Positions 11,393-23,420 of a stretch of DNA of 64,000 nt are shown here, one piece after another. The stretch lies in the NCBI RefSeq assembly GCF_001194135.2, contig NC_068986.1:12202871-12266870 (forward strand). The letters run 5' to 3'. Below the pieces are notes generated by a model that was not told the DNA's origin, ran no database searches, and worked only from the letters and a program-made list of their open reading frames with translations. The DNA is from Octopus bimaculoides. Its lineage: Eukaryota. The stretch's first letter is position 1, and each line of letters opens with the position of its first letter. A program made the translations under genes and the position numbers.

Positions 11393-11569
11393 GTTAGAAT
11401 AGAGACAGCTGATGAAGGAATATTCCAAGTGGCTTTCCGTTTTCCTATGTGTTCGTTCCGTTGTCTGTAGTTCATTGTTCTAACGTCCTGTACCCTGATA
11501 TGCATATATATACACATGTAGATGTAAGTATGTACATATATGTGTGTATACATGTATATATATTCTTTG

Positions 11570-11600
<31 letters not shown>
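11393..11600 (+). repeat. Young unclassified dispersed repeat (near-identical inverted copy at about 44150-44345)
   Basis: About 190 bp (TAGAATAGAGACAGCTGATGAAGG..CAAGTGGCTTTCCG..CCCTGATATGC..ATTCTTTGTATTAT) with only a few differences from the second copy; both end in (TA)n. Confidence 0.85.
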
Positions 11601-11607
<7 letters not shown>

Positions 11608-12169
11608 GAGTGTATGTGTGTATGCATATTTGTGTGTATGTAAGTCTGTAAGTTAATGACTCTCTTGTACGATAGTAAACATATGAAATTCAACGATCAA
11701 TACTTTCCATTTTTAGTATTTGAACAATGAATTCGTCGCTTGCCAATCCACCGTTTCTCGATCGCATCATACTACGACGGTGTTTCTTCCTCACGAAGAC
11801 GCGATCTTCAGGCAATAGTTGATATGTGTCTTAAGTTCCTCCGACAAATTGTTAATGTTTATATACCATAAATAATGATTTGCAAAAATATTATTTGCTG
11901 TGCTATATATTATTCTATGTTTAACATTCGTCATATCGTGAGTTTATAATTTATTCATGTTTTGAAGGTTAATTCTCGTCAATAATTACAATCGAAATAT
12001 CTAATGCTGCTATGAGTGATAGTGGAACAAGATGAATTCGTGGTAAAGTCAAGTGACTGCAAAATTATCATTGAAAAAAGACGATAAGCTGTAAAGGTTA
12101 AAAGGTCCGTTAAAGCACACACACACACACACATACACACACACGCACATATATATACAGACGCACATA

Positions 12170-12249
<80 letters not shown>

Positions 12250-12440
12250 TATATCGGTAATCTGAGATTGGCATAAAAGCCATTAAAGTGTGTTGCACTC
12301 GGTAACACAGTCGCCTGGCAATGTGTCATTACACGACTGAGTAACTGCCTACGTATTCGTTATCAATTTTCTGTCTGAAATTGCTATTTACAAAAGATAT
12401 ATTGTTGTGTATATTAAAATGTTACTTGATCTCTAAAAGA

Positions 12441-12605
12441 TGGCGGCAAGCTGTTAGAATTGTTAGAGCGTCGCTTTGCGGTATTTGCTCCGGTTCCTGA
12501 CGTTCAGAGTTCAAATTTCACCTAGATTCTAACTTTTGTCTTTAATCATTCCAAAATTGATTAGGTAGAGTACTAATCAAGTACTGGGGGTCGATAGTAA
12601 CGATT
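12441..12605 (+). mobile_element. Degenerate SINE family A
   Basis: GGCGGCAAGCTGTTAGAATTGTTAG...GAGTTCAAATTTC...GTACTGGGGGTCGAT. Confidence 0.7.
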
Positions 12606-12724
12606 AATCATCACCATCATCATCATCACCATTATCAAACTGTGGACATAACTGTTACGAGTCCTAAGACCGGTTGTTCGGTTTCTGTGACCAAGAACAA
12701 AACGTTTCCTCCTGTACTGGACTC

Positions 12725-12945
12725 TATGTACAGTCTTCTTGCACCATCAGAGTATCTCAACAGGCATGATAGAACAGCACAATATATTCACTGGGTAATT
12801 TGCAAAAACTTGGACCTGTCCCATGATAAAAATTGGTGGGGACAGAAACCACCTCCAGTGCTTGAAAATGATCACATCTCACTCCTCTGGAACTTCACCA
12901 TTCATACTGACAGAAAAATAGATGCAAGTATGCCAGACATTATAT
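12725..12945 (+). mobile_element. R4/Dong-like RLE fragment
   Basis: SLLAPSEYLNRHDRTAQYIHWVICKNLDL..WWGQKPPPVLENDHISLLWNFTIHTDRKIDASMPDII. Confidence 0.85.
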
Positions 12946-13145
12946 CGACTGGCCCTCTCTCACAAAATTTCGGGCCTTGTGCCTAGAGTAGAAAAGATTA
13001 CGTTCTGGGTTCAAATTCCTCCGAGGTCGACTTATTTTTTCATCTTTTCGGAGTCGGTAAATTAAGTACCAGTTGCATACTGGGGTCGATCGAATCGACT
13101 GGCTCCCTCCCCCAATAATTCGGGCCTTGTGTCTAGAGTAAGGAA
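12945..13145 (+). mobile_element. Tandem partial SINE family A copies
   Basis: Two ATCGACTGG..GGGCCTTGTG..TAGAGTA tails around a GAGGTCGACTT..AAGTACCAG body. Confidence 0.75.
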
Positions 13146-13467
13146 GGAGTATTGGCCTGTTAAACCACCTCAGGATCAACAAAGAGTAAAGTTGCTAATC
13201 TAATCGTCTTCAGAGATACGAAGGACGAACGTCAAACTTACGTATCACAAACAGATTTGGCCCGAAACGTAACGAAACGGTTTCAACAAATTCGAACCTA
13301 TAACCTATGAGCTAACTATCTTTAATTCCTTGTTGATCTTAGTCTACATTCAGTTAACCAATGTTACATAAATAACACGCGAAATATCTCCACAAATTGG
13401 TTTCTGTTGAACAAACGCATGTACAAATATAACGTTAAGTATTTCTGGATACAATCTTAGATGCAGC

Positions 13468-13501
<34 letters not shown>

Positions 13502-14104
13502 TGTATGTATGTATGTATGTATGTATGTATGCATGCATGATGTATAAATTTATATGTTTGAAAGCAGTTGGCATGGAAATCTGGACAATGTAATAGCTTT
13601 CTGAATACACAATTTTAAACTCTTACAGGGCTTTCAGGAATGAACATTTGGTAAAAAGCCAAACAGCTTTATTAGGAAAGCACTTGAAAGTTGACTAAGA
13701 GAAAATATCATGCTATTCGCCTCTTAGTAAAATGTTCATATACTCATGTGTCAACGAGGAAGCCCCTATGCGGCCGATCAACCGACTAGAGATAACAGCC
13801 AAGTCTTCTCAAAACCACGTCCTAAAGTGTTAAAGAAGGCACATTGAGTAAGGAAGTCTTAAACACACTTGTCTGAACAAAGGAGAGGACAGTCAAGGGT
13901 GGAGCGCCTTTTCGGTATAAGTACTGCGCTGACGTGGAGATAACAACGACTCTATTTTACATGTGTGTGTATGTGGTTATGTATATATGTGTGTATGCAT
14001 GTGTTTACGAACTCGATATCGTGAGGTTAGTAGCCCGCGCACTTAACCACTACGCCATATGTAAATAATGTAAATAATATACATAATTCCTCATCTCTTA
14101 AATA

Positions 14105-14400
14105 TAGAACTGTATTAAAATAAAAGTCTAAATTATAGAGCTGTAGGCTTCTCATCAGTTCTCCATCGATGTTCTTCGTTTCCCCAATTGCTAACGAGAC
14201 ATTCACAGGCGCCGAGCGGAGAATCTCCACAATGGTGAATGACTTTTGATCCATGTCCCATGCAACTGTATCTGGTCTATTCTGCTTACACCAAGTTACT
14301 GTTTTTATTGAACTGTTCCACCAATATTCTTTGTTTTTGTGGCTGTGTGGTAAGACGTTTTCTTTACCAATCATCTCGCGTTCAATCCTACTACGAGACA
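14105..14400 (-). mobile_element. RLE-type non-LTR retrotransposon fragment (different subfamily from the + strand R4 copies)
   Basis: EYWWNSSIKTVTWCKQNRPDTVAWD....FTIVEI...VNVSL.I.ETKNIDGELMRSLQL resembles the RPD-x-VIWD-x-VE RLE motif. Confidence 0.7.
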
Positions 14401-14401
14401 T

Positions 14402-14509
14402 CTTGAGCAAGTATCTCCTACTATAGCTTTGGGTCAACCAAAGCTTTCAGAGTGGATTTTGGTAGGCGAAAAGTGAAAGAAACCCATCATGTTTCTTCAC
14501 TTATATATA

Positions 14510-14547
<38 letters not shown>

Positions 14548-14771
14548 TATGCACGTGTGTTTGTGCGTGTGCTTGTGGGTGTGTACGCGTGTTTTTGTCT
14601 ATGTTTGTCCCCTGCTACCACTTGATAACCGGTGTTGGTATGTTTATATCCCCGTATCGATAGAGTAAGCACCAGGCTTAAAAAATGTACTGGGGTTGAT
14701 TAATTCAACTTCAAATTCTTGAAGGTGGTGCTCCAGCATGGCTGCAGTCTGATGAGTAAAATGAATAAACG

Positions 14772-14772
<1 letters not shown>
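14402..14772 (+). mobile_element. SINE family B, headless, with internal (TA)n/(TG)n tract
   Basis: CCAAAGCTTTCAGAGTGGATTTTGGTAG...GATAACCGGTGTTGGT...GGTGGTGCTCCAGCATGGCTGCAGTC. Confidence 0.75.
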
Positions 14773-14802
<30 letters not shown>

Positions 14803-15019
14803 CGTTGCTATTATGCAAAAATGTCGTAAGTCCAAAACGTTGCTTTTTCAGAAAACGAAAAACTAGTTGCACCATTCCATAGCAAAACCGTTATACTACA
14901 CTTTGACAATTTCTGATATCTTGGCATCTGAAGCAGCTGGAGATATGATTGTTTGACCGAAAGTGCTGGCTATTGCAACCAAAAATAAATATTGAAAAAA
15001 AAAAAACGCATTTGGCCAA

Positions 15020-15290
15020 ATTTGGACATACGACAGTTTAAAATAATAGCAACGATATGTATTCACTCATATCAAAGTAGTACTTTGGTTTGCCTTCGTC
15101 AGATGACAGTGGGACTAAGCATGCTTTGTCAATATTGATGTTGTTCTCTTTGGATAACCTGGATGTCACTGATTCAGAATAACCAAAGCATAAACGTAAT
15201 AATTCTCAGAAGGTGTTTCGATTGGTGTTTATAACTAGTGTCATATCATCATTATTGTGACAGTGTGTTTGTTCAAAGTTTTAATAATTC
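15020..15290 (-). mobile_element. Possible highly decayed LINE RT fragment
   Basis: NNDDMTLV followed by ..ENNINIDKACLVPL resembles the RT YADD..INxxK region; weak. Confidence 0.3.
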
Positions 15291-15413
15291 TGAAACTGTG
15301 TGGCTTCTATTTTAAAGCTGGTAGTTGAGATAATTTAGTGAGATTTAACAGCAAGAGGAGATCAGCTGAGCCAATAAGTAGAAACCAGCTCACTATCTCG
15401 TTAACGTATATTG

Positions 15414-15597
15414 TTGTGGATAGGGTGTTGCACTCACTATTGTAAGACCGTAGTTTCGAATTTCATATCAGGCAGTTTGTTATGTTTATGAGCAAAACAC
15501 TTAATTTCACATTGCTGCAGTTCAATCAACTGTCAATGAGTTCCAGTAAATAGCCGGGAAGTTAAGTCTTCGAAGGACCGGCGTCCCGTCCAGTGGT
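15414..15597 (+). mobile_element. SINE family C
   Basis: tRNA-like head, TTTATGAGCAAAACACTT, GAAGGACCGGCGTCCCGTCCAG. Confidence 0.7.
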
Positions 15598-15780
15598 GCG
15601 GGAGTGTTGACATCTAAGTTATTTACACGCAATGGATATGAAGTTAAGCTTTGACCTTATGATTTGGAGGGCTCATGTCAGCCATAAGTTTTCTTAAGTT
15701 CCCTTTCAATTTTTAAATGCATGATAGCTGTGGAAATAATTGATTTAGGTGGTTCTGAAAATTGCGCAAGAATCTGTTGT

Positions 15781-16147
15781 TGTTGGCACTCCGTCGCTTA
15801 CGACGTCGAGGGTTCCAGTTGATCCGATCAACGGAACAGCCTGCTCGTGAAATTAACGTGCAAGTGGCTGAGCACTCCACAGACACGTGTCCCCTTAACG
15901 TAGTTCTCGGGGATATTCAGCGTGACACAGTGTGACAAGGCTGACTCTTTGAATTACAGGCACAACAGAAATAGGAAGAGTGAGAGAAAGTTGTGGTGAA
16001 AGAGTACAGCAGGGTTCGCCACCATCCCCTGCCGGAGCCTCGTGGAGCTTTAGGTGTTTTCGCTCAATAAACACTCACAACGCCCGGTCTGGGAATCGAA
16101 ACAGCGATCTTATGACCGCGACTCCGCTGCCCTAACAACTGGGCCAA
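15781..16147 (-). mobile_element. SINE family D, near full length
   Basis: Reverse complement begins TGGCCCAGTTGTTAGGGCAGCGGAGTCGCGGTCATAAGATCGCTGTTTCGATTCCCAGACC (A/B-box-like). The body is GC-rich and ends GTCGTAAGCGACGGAGTGCCAACA with a short (ACA)n tail. Confidence 0.8.
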
Positions 16148-17139
16148 CCACAATATAAAGCTACAATAATATATAATACAAGCTACAAATTTGTGAAACT
16201 TTGCTTTTTAGAGAGGCGAGCTGTCATTGCACACGGCACACCGTTACTCCATGAGCAGTTTAATATTTTGATTGTCAAATCAGTTCATTAGCAATAGTGG
16301 TTTATGAACTCTCAAGCCATTTTGTCAGGGACCCGATAGACTATCAACTTGTGTTTATTTTCTCCCTCTGAAAATGTATCCATTGAAATCTGATTCGATT
16401 TCAATTTCTAGTCGGCTTTCATTCCGCCCATCATTTCTCTCTTGTAGCCCAGACTATAGAAGACACATATAGCCTGCATCACAAACGAATTAACTTTTGG
16501 GGAAATTATTTCTGTATTTATTTATTTTCATTGTAAGATCAAAGTAATTGCAAGGGAAGAAAAATAATGACTTCCAAATCTATGGGTTTTTTAACCAATA
16601 AAAATGGAACTTTCTTTTATATTCCCCTTTTATTTTCTGTTGTGGAAAAAAACTGAACCATTTTGAGAATTTAGCAATGGTAATGAAGTAATTTCGAGAT
16701 AAAAGAATGAAAGTCATAATGTCTTGAAATAATCAAATACAAAATAAGGAATTCTTGGAAAAGGAAAAGAAAAACAGAACACAACAAACACAGAATTTAA
16801 ATATATAATAGAAACGTTTTTCTATTTTGGTATTGTATGGCTAGACATTATTTAAAATACAACAAGCACAGAAGGTTTGATTTATTCAAAATTGAAGTCA
16901 AACAACGAGATAGAGATGCCGCTAGTCAAATAACGCACCCATGCTGTTAAGTTTGGAGAGGAAGAGAAATAAAATTACAGTGATAGAAATATTCCATCAT
17001 GTTTTTGTGTGTTTTTCTCTGTAGTTTTTGCTTATCCAGAAAATTCTAGTTGTCTGATGTTATTTGAATAATGGACCACTTTTAGTTTTCACGTACATAG
17101 ACATTGGTAATGTTTTGGTTAATTATTTATAATGGTAGG

Positions 17140-17270
17140 ATTGAAATTCCACCGAGGTCGACTTTGCCTTCTTTCGCGGTCGATAAAATACTCGTTGGGC
17201 ACTGAGATCGATATAACTGACCAGTTCCCACTACCACTCAAATTTCGGACCTTGTGGTTAGAATGGAGAG
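17140..17270 (+). mobile_element. SINE family A, 3' part
   Basis: GAAATTCCACCGAGGTCGACTTTGCCTT..GGTCGATAAA..GGACCTTGTG. Confidence 0.75.
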
Positions 17271-17559
17271 AAATATTAAGAAGAAAACTGTAGAAATATA
17301 AAGAAGAAAACGTACTCTCCGAGCAAGGGTGCGGTTTTGAAAATCAAATCTATTTTTCACGAAGGAAAATAAACAAAACTAAAAAAAAGTATTAACAAAA
17401 GAGTCAGCAACAAAATAAAACCTTAAAAATATGAACAAAAGTCAAAGAAAAATTTATTTTCTAAATCGGCACAAATTGAGCGGGAAATCTCTTATATTAC
17501 GATCCCAGTAAAACCTCATGGCAACCAACAAAATAGCCCCTACACAAAATAGCCTTTCT

Positions 17560-17895
17560 AATTTTAGCACAAGATCAGCAATTTTAAGGGGAAAGAGTCG
17601 ATTATATTAACCCCGTGTTTGCTTCTTGCTTCACGGAGCTGGGTGTCATCCCAGGTTGATGGTTCCAGAGGCGTCATCGTGCGTAGAGCCAACTAGGACC
17701 ACCAGCGCTCCCCATTGCTAGCAATCCCGTATCAGCCCCTCTGCATCTTCCAAGATTGGTAATTACTTTATCGACTCTGAAAGGATGAATGGTGAAGTCA
17801 ACCTCGTTGGAATTTGTATTTAGACTGTAAAGAGCCGGACGAAACGTCGCTAAATATTTTCCCCACGTGCTAACGATTTTGCTCGCTCGACGCCT
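17560..17895 (-). mobile_element. SINE family A interrupted by a roughly 130-bp insertion
   Basis: The family A body is split between CCCCGTGTTT and GGTAATTACTTTATCGAC. Confidence 0.75.
17621..17752 (-). mobile_element. Probable RTE-LINE 3'-terminal fragment nested in a SINE
   Basis: Minus-strand ILEDAEGLIRDC*QWGALVVLVGSTHDD resembles the RTE C-terminal WEDAExLAxDRxxWRALV motif. Confidence 0.5.
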
Positions 17896-17931
17896 TATCC
17901 ACTAAACAAAGTGTTAATGTCAAGTAATTAC

Positions 17932-17988
17932 CTGTAAAGGAAACATATTTGTCCAAAACTTGAATTCTTTTCAGGTGTTAACCAAAAT
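17932..17988 (-). CDS. Candidate 57-nt coding micro-exon of an unknown host gene (FWLTPEKNSSFGQICFLY)
   Basis: Acceptor TTTATATTATTTCAATAG, donor CAG/GTAATT, one open frame, symmetric phase 2-2. No homology recognised. Confidence 0.2.
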
Positions 17989-18599
17989 CTATTGAAATAA
18001 TATAAAGTTACCCTCGAAATTCAAACTAAAGAAACACATCGATTAGTTTTACAATGGTTAGGTATGGTATACATAAATCTATCTACGAAAAATATTTATT
18101 GACTGGATTGATGTAAAAGAAAAACCGGCCAAACGTACCGATATAAGTATTACACAGAGACAAAATAAATGAAAAGGATTGAAAATGTAAAGAATTTTAG
18201 TCAAAATATTTCCTGTTCACATTTCTGAAAAGAAAAATATTGCTGCTTCATTTTTGATATAACAACACCAGCATAAGCTATACTTTGTATCAGACAGACC
18301 AGCTTAGATGTCCTCTTTGGGATCTAACTGGTTTCTGTAATTTTGTCTTAAAAATAAATGATTATAGAGAAACGATATAAGTGGACAAGAATTTATAATG
18401 GATTAATTTTCAAATTCACAAGAATTAGTATCTGAAAATTGACAAAAAAATATTTTAAAAATGAAAAACCCAACAAAATAAAAGCAGGTGACGAAATTAG
18501 CATGTAAATCAACATAATAAAAAGAAGGATTAAAGACCTGAAGAATTTGACAAAACAGCTATTTTGGTTTCGGTAAAAAAAAATGCTGCTTCTTTATCG

Positions 18600-20290
18600 T
18601 TATAAATAAGTACATCGAAATGTTCTTGTCAGAGAAACTTTGGTGCTGTTTTCGTGCTCCAAACAATTTCTGTTATTTGTTAACAAGTTCAAAAGTGTAA
18701 ACAAATAGTTTTCTCAACAGTACATTGTTGCAGAGGGCAGCAGTATTTATTTTTCGCTTTCCACATGTAGAATTTGAAAGCTTTGGCAGCTTTCGACGTC
18801 GGAAAATATGCAAAATTCCATGTGTATTTTATTGCTGGAGCGAAGTTCAAGAAACTGCTCCGTTAAAAAGAAAATAAAAAATTCTCCAGACTCTTAAGAT
18901 CCTTTTAGAACATCAATAATTTTACAGTTAAAGGGATTCACAATCCAAATGCTGACAGTATGTGACTCAAACCCAAGAGAATTATCAGAGAATCCGTTTT
19001 GACTTTGATAAGATACCTTGTAGCAAACACTTTGATGTTACCAATCTTCACAATCTTTTAAAACTTCTTCCAGTATGGAAAAATGGGACTATGTAACAGA
19101 AACCTCCGTCTAAATACTAAAACATAATCTCTTTCTAAAGTGATATTGATATCTTGTCTTTTATGTATCAATTCTTTGGTCAATGCCCAAAGATGTTAGC
19201 TAAATATGAGAAACAGGTTAACTAAATGGAGTTCCTGGACCTACCTGCGACACCTACATGTTTTTGATCCAGCAGAAAGGTGTAAATTCAATTGTGCAGA
19301 CTCAGATTCCATTATGGAAGCCTCTCCATGTGAAAGTTATTCTATTATGAAGGTTACTCCATGTGAAAGACACTCTATGAAAGCCACTTTATAGCGAAAG
19401 CCACTGCATGTCTGGGTGAAAAAGCGGCCAGAATGTTTAGCCTCCACCTCCTCACATGAATCACAAAACAGCCACAAATTTAGTGCATACTTTTTGACAG
19501 AATCGATGGTGTTGATGATATCATGAAAGCCTCCAATACAGGTTCCATCAATACCAGAGAATTGATCATAAAATGAGGCACTTCAATTTTCGTACTCCGC
19601 TTTCTTTTGAGAAACACAACTGACAAAACTCAAAATAGCTGGAACTCCGTCAATTGACATAATCTACCAACTTTAAATCAACCATTGGTATTTTGAAACA
19701 TAAAAACATAGTTAAAGACATCAATTCTACAGAATTTCAATTCAAGTGAAAAACATAACATTTTTTTTCTTCAATGCAAAAGAACTTCTGTAACAAATAC
19801 AAGCTACCATTTCTAATGTGTTACTGGAATATGTGATCTTATCATATTGTACTGCATACCCCTAGCTCTCTATGATTGAAAGCCCAGTTTGTTTGACAGA
19901 TTTTCTGCTTAGGTTTCGTCCTTCACAACTCTTACAGAAAAAGACAAGGAAATTAGATATAATGGCTTCTTTCTTGCCACAGATTATTTCCGCCACTTTA
20001 CAGCAGAAAGTTTGATCAATTCTTCTTCAATTACATCCAGGTTTCTCGTTTCGAGTAATTATACTGACCATTTTAAAACCAGCAATTAATACAAAACTTG
20101 CTTAAATACAGCTGTTTTGTTGAATTCTAGTCTTAGTCTTTTGACGATTAATTCCAAAATCTTGAAGAATTCTTTTAGTTTGGAGAAGTAATTTACCCAA
20201 ATGTTTCTTCAAGGAAATCTTTTTGAAAGTTTTGGGGAAAGTCCGACAGCAAAAGGATGCAGCAAATGTTTTCCCCAAACTCAATTAACA
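18600..20290 (-). pseudogene. Decayed hAT Charlie/Buster-type transposase (ZBED5/ZBED8/FAM200-like family)
   Basis: Collinear motifs on the minus strand across many frameshifts: BED-like ISLKKHL; IEEELIKLSAV/AEIICGKKEA; MSIDGVPAI (CTDGAPAM); FHDIINTIDSVKKYALNLWLFCDSCEEVEAKH followed by the RWLS region; LANIFGH; WIVNPF; EQFLELRS; ILLPSATMYC*E..TLLNL.TNNRNCLE (dimerisation domain). Confidence 0.8.
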
Positions 20291-21181
20291 ACATATCTCA
20301 AGATTTTCTATTAGACTTCTCCATCTTCTCCTAGGTTGGCTAACTTCGCCACANNNNNNNNNNNNNNNNNNNNNNNNNNNNNNNNNNNNNNNNNNNNNNN
20401 NNNNNNNNNNNNNNNNNNNNNNNNNNNNNNNNNNNNNNNNNNNNNNNNNNNNNNNNNNNNNNNNNNNNNNNNNNNNNNNNNNNNNNNNNNNNNNNNNNNN
20501 NNNNNNNNNNNNNNNNNNNNNNNNNNNNNNNNNNNNNNNNNNNNNNNNNNNNNNNNNNNNNNNNNNNNNNNNNNNNNNNNNNNNNNNNNNNNNNNNNNNN
20601 NNNNNNNNNNNNNNNNNNNNNNNNNNNNNNNNNNNNNNNNNNNNNNNNNNNNNNNNNNNNNNNNNNNNNNNNNNNNNNNNNNNNNNNNNNNNNNNNNNNN
20701 NNNNNNNNNNNNNNNNNNNNNNNNNNNNNNNNNNNNNNNNNNNNNNNNNNNNNNNNNNNNNNNNNNNNNNNNNNNNNNNNNNNNNNNNNNNNNNNNNNNN
20801 NNNNNNNNNNNNNNNNNNNNNNNNNNNNNNNNNNNNNNNNNNNNNNNNNNNNNNNNNNNNNNNNNNNNNNNNNNNNNNNNNNNNNNNNNNNNNNNNNNNN
20901 NNNNNNNNNNNNNNNNNNNNNNNNNNNNNNNNNNNNNNNNNNNNNNNNNNNNNNNNNNNNNNNNNNNNNNNNNNNNNNNNNNNNNNNNNNNNNNNNNNNN
21001 NNNNNNNNNNNNNNNNNNNNNNNNNNNNNNNNNNNNNNNNNNNNNNNNNNNNNNNNNNNNNNNNNNNNNNNNNNNNNNNNNNNNNNNNNNNNNNNNNNNN
21101 NNNNNNNNNNNNNNNNNNNNNNNNNNNNNNNNNNNNNNNNNNNNNNNNNNNNNNNNNNNNNNNNNNNNNNNNNNNNNNNNN

Positions 21182-21263
<82 letters not shown>

Positions 21264-21521
21264 GCGTGTGTGTATAAAACATACATATGCATATATATAA
21301 ACACGCGCGCACATATACATAGATACACACACAAATGCACACACGCATACACACACACACCCATATGTTTGTGTCTTGGGAGGGTCATTACGTCGATAAT
21401 AATAAATACACGGACCAGTACAAGTGTTTATTATTGTTGTCCTTCCCAAGACGCGACAAGATTTGTTTCAACACACGAATTCACATCAAGGAATCTTGCA
21501 AACCAAATGAAAAAGAGACAT

Positions 21522-21558
<37 letters not shown>

Positions 21559-23379
21559 GTTTAACGTTTGTTTTCTATGCTGGGTTGGACGTAGAGTACA
21601 CACACACGCACACAGACACACACACACACACATACATACATATATATACATGTATATTCTATAACAAGAATAATGCTTCCTCAGAGCACCTCAATTTTGC
21701 TTTTGATATTTCTTCACAAAATATTGATTTCGAATTTTGGCAGAAAGCCAGCAATTTCGGGGGAGGGACCAAATCGATTAAATGGACCTCAGTGTTCAAN
21801 NNNNNNNNNNNNNNNNNNNNNNNNNNNNNNNNNNNNNNNNNNNNNNNNNNNNNNNNNNNNNNNNNNNNNNNNNNNNNNNNNNNNNNNNNNNNNNNNNNNN
21901 NNNNNNNNNNNNNNNNNNNNNNNNNNNNNNNNNNNNNNNNNNNNNNNNNNNNNNNNNNNNNNNNNNNNNNNNNNNNNNNNNNNNNNNNNNNNNNNNNNNN
22001 NNNNNNNNNNNNNNNNNNNNNNNNNNNNNNNNNNNNNNNNNNNNNNNNNNNNNNNNNNNNNNNNNNNNNNNNNNNNNNNNNNNNNNNNNNNNNNNNNNNN
22101 NNNNNNNNNNNNNNNNNNNNNNNNNNNNNNNNNNNNNNNNNNNNNNNNNNGCTGCAGATTCGATAGCTTTTGGATAGGAAAAAGATTATTACTCTCTATA
22201 ATTTTCACACGTCACTTCACATAAAACTCTCTCTCAAAAAAAAAAAATTTTTTTTTTTGCTCTCATATCAGACAAGATACACAGAAATCAAGAAAAAAGA
22301 TACAAAATGTTAATATTTTACCAATTTAGCATCACGCATTTATGTAAATAAACAAATTTATATGCAAAAGCATCAACAGAAAATGTCGTCCAATTCAACC
22401 CTGTCTTCGTTACGTGGTTAACTCTACGTGTTTGAGGTTTTGTGGGATATTTCTCAAATGCTGCTCGATTTATCCGCTAAAATCTTAACTTTTACCCCTG
22501 TTGCGTGATTCTTCGTCTAAGAAGTCGATCAAACTGCGAGAAATACCCACCAAATGACTCTCAAACCAAACACTTCTGTCTTCAACAACGAAGGACACAT
22601 TGGATAATGTAGAGTCCTACATATATTTTTTTCCTTGAATCCTAGAAGCTGTTTCCATGGTGTGTAAGAGACCATCGTCACAACGTTTCCCTTGAATGGC
22701 ATGGCCGGTCGGTTGCGGGATTCAAAGCCAACAATTTTGAGTGGAGTCGAGAAGTCGATTTTTGTACTTTTTAACCAATCACGGTTCACTTATCAACTTA
22801 CACCTTTTGTCCATCAAAACTCAATATAAGTACACATGTTTCATTCGAAAAACAATACTTTATCGTTTAGACTTCGATTTTATCGAGTAAAAAAAAGATA
22901 ACATCAAATATCATTTAATTGATATCCAATGAAATTAGTTCAGTTGCAATCACACTCACGTCAAACAATCAGTCAGAAGATTCTTCAGACTTATAATCTA
23001 GAGACGTCTAAAACTTTGAGAACAATATTTTTTTCCCTTTCTGGTATTTAAATATCTAAAAATGATACGCGTCTAAAACTGAAAAATTATCACACTTGGA
23101 TTTACGAATGAGGCAAAGATAACAGTATTAAACGTAAGATTTACATTTCAACAGATCACACAGAAACATTGATATTTCATATCAATACAGCTTCTAAAAC
23201 TGTGTTGTTGTATTGCTGTGTATTTGTGTCTTTCTGTGCCATGTAGTTTCAAATATGTTTGTGAGATAGTCGAACCCGTAAAAAGCTTTTTACTGCAGTT
23301 TGTATCGGAGAAAATAATTCTCGCTTGAGCAAAAATGTGTCAATACATCGTAGTCAGCTCGAAAGAGTCTGTATTTGAT

Positions 23380-23420
23380 TGATGGATGCATTTCGACCGA
23401 GTCAGTCCTCCTCAGCACCA
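23380..23420 (-). ncRNA. Minimal type I hammerhead-ribozyme motif, family 2
   Basis: UGGUG-CUGAGGA-G-GACUGACUCGGUC-GAAA-UGCA-UC^-CAUCA. Stem I has 5 bp, stem II 4 bp, and stem III is the palindrome AUGCAU. Confidence 0.55.

Noticed and set aside
11360-11430. GAAACGTC followed by CTGATGAAGG as a type II hammerhead
   Set aside because: Stem I cannot form between the cleavage site and the core, and stem II is out of register.
16080-16147. tRNA-like sequences with A and B boxes (also at 3439, 4339, 41060 and 43200)
   Set aside because: They continue into SINE bodies or are decayed, and none gives a complete cloverleaf.
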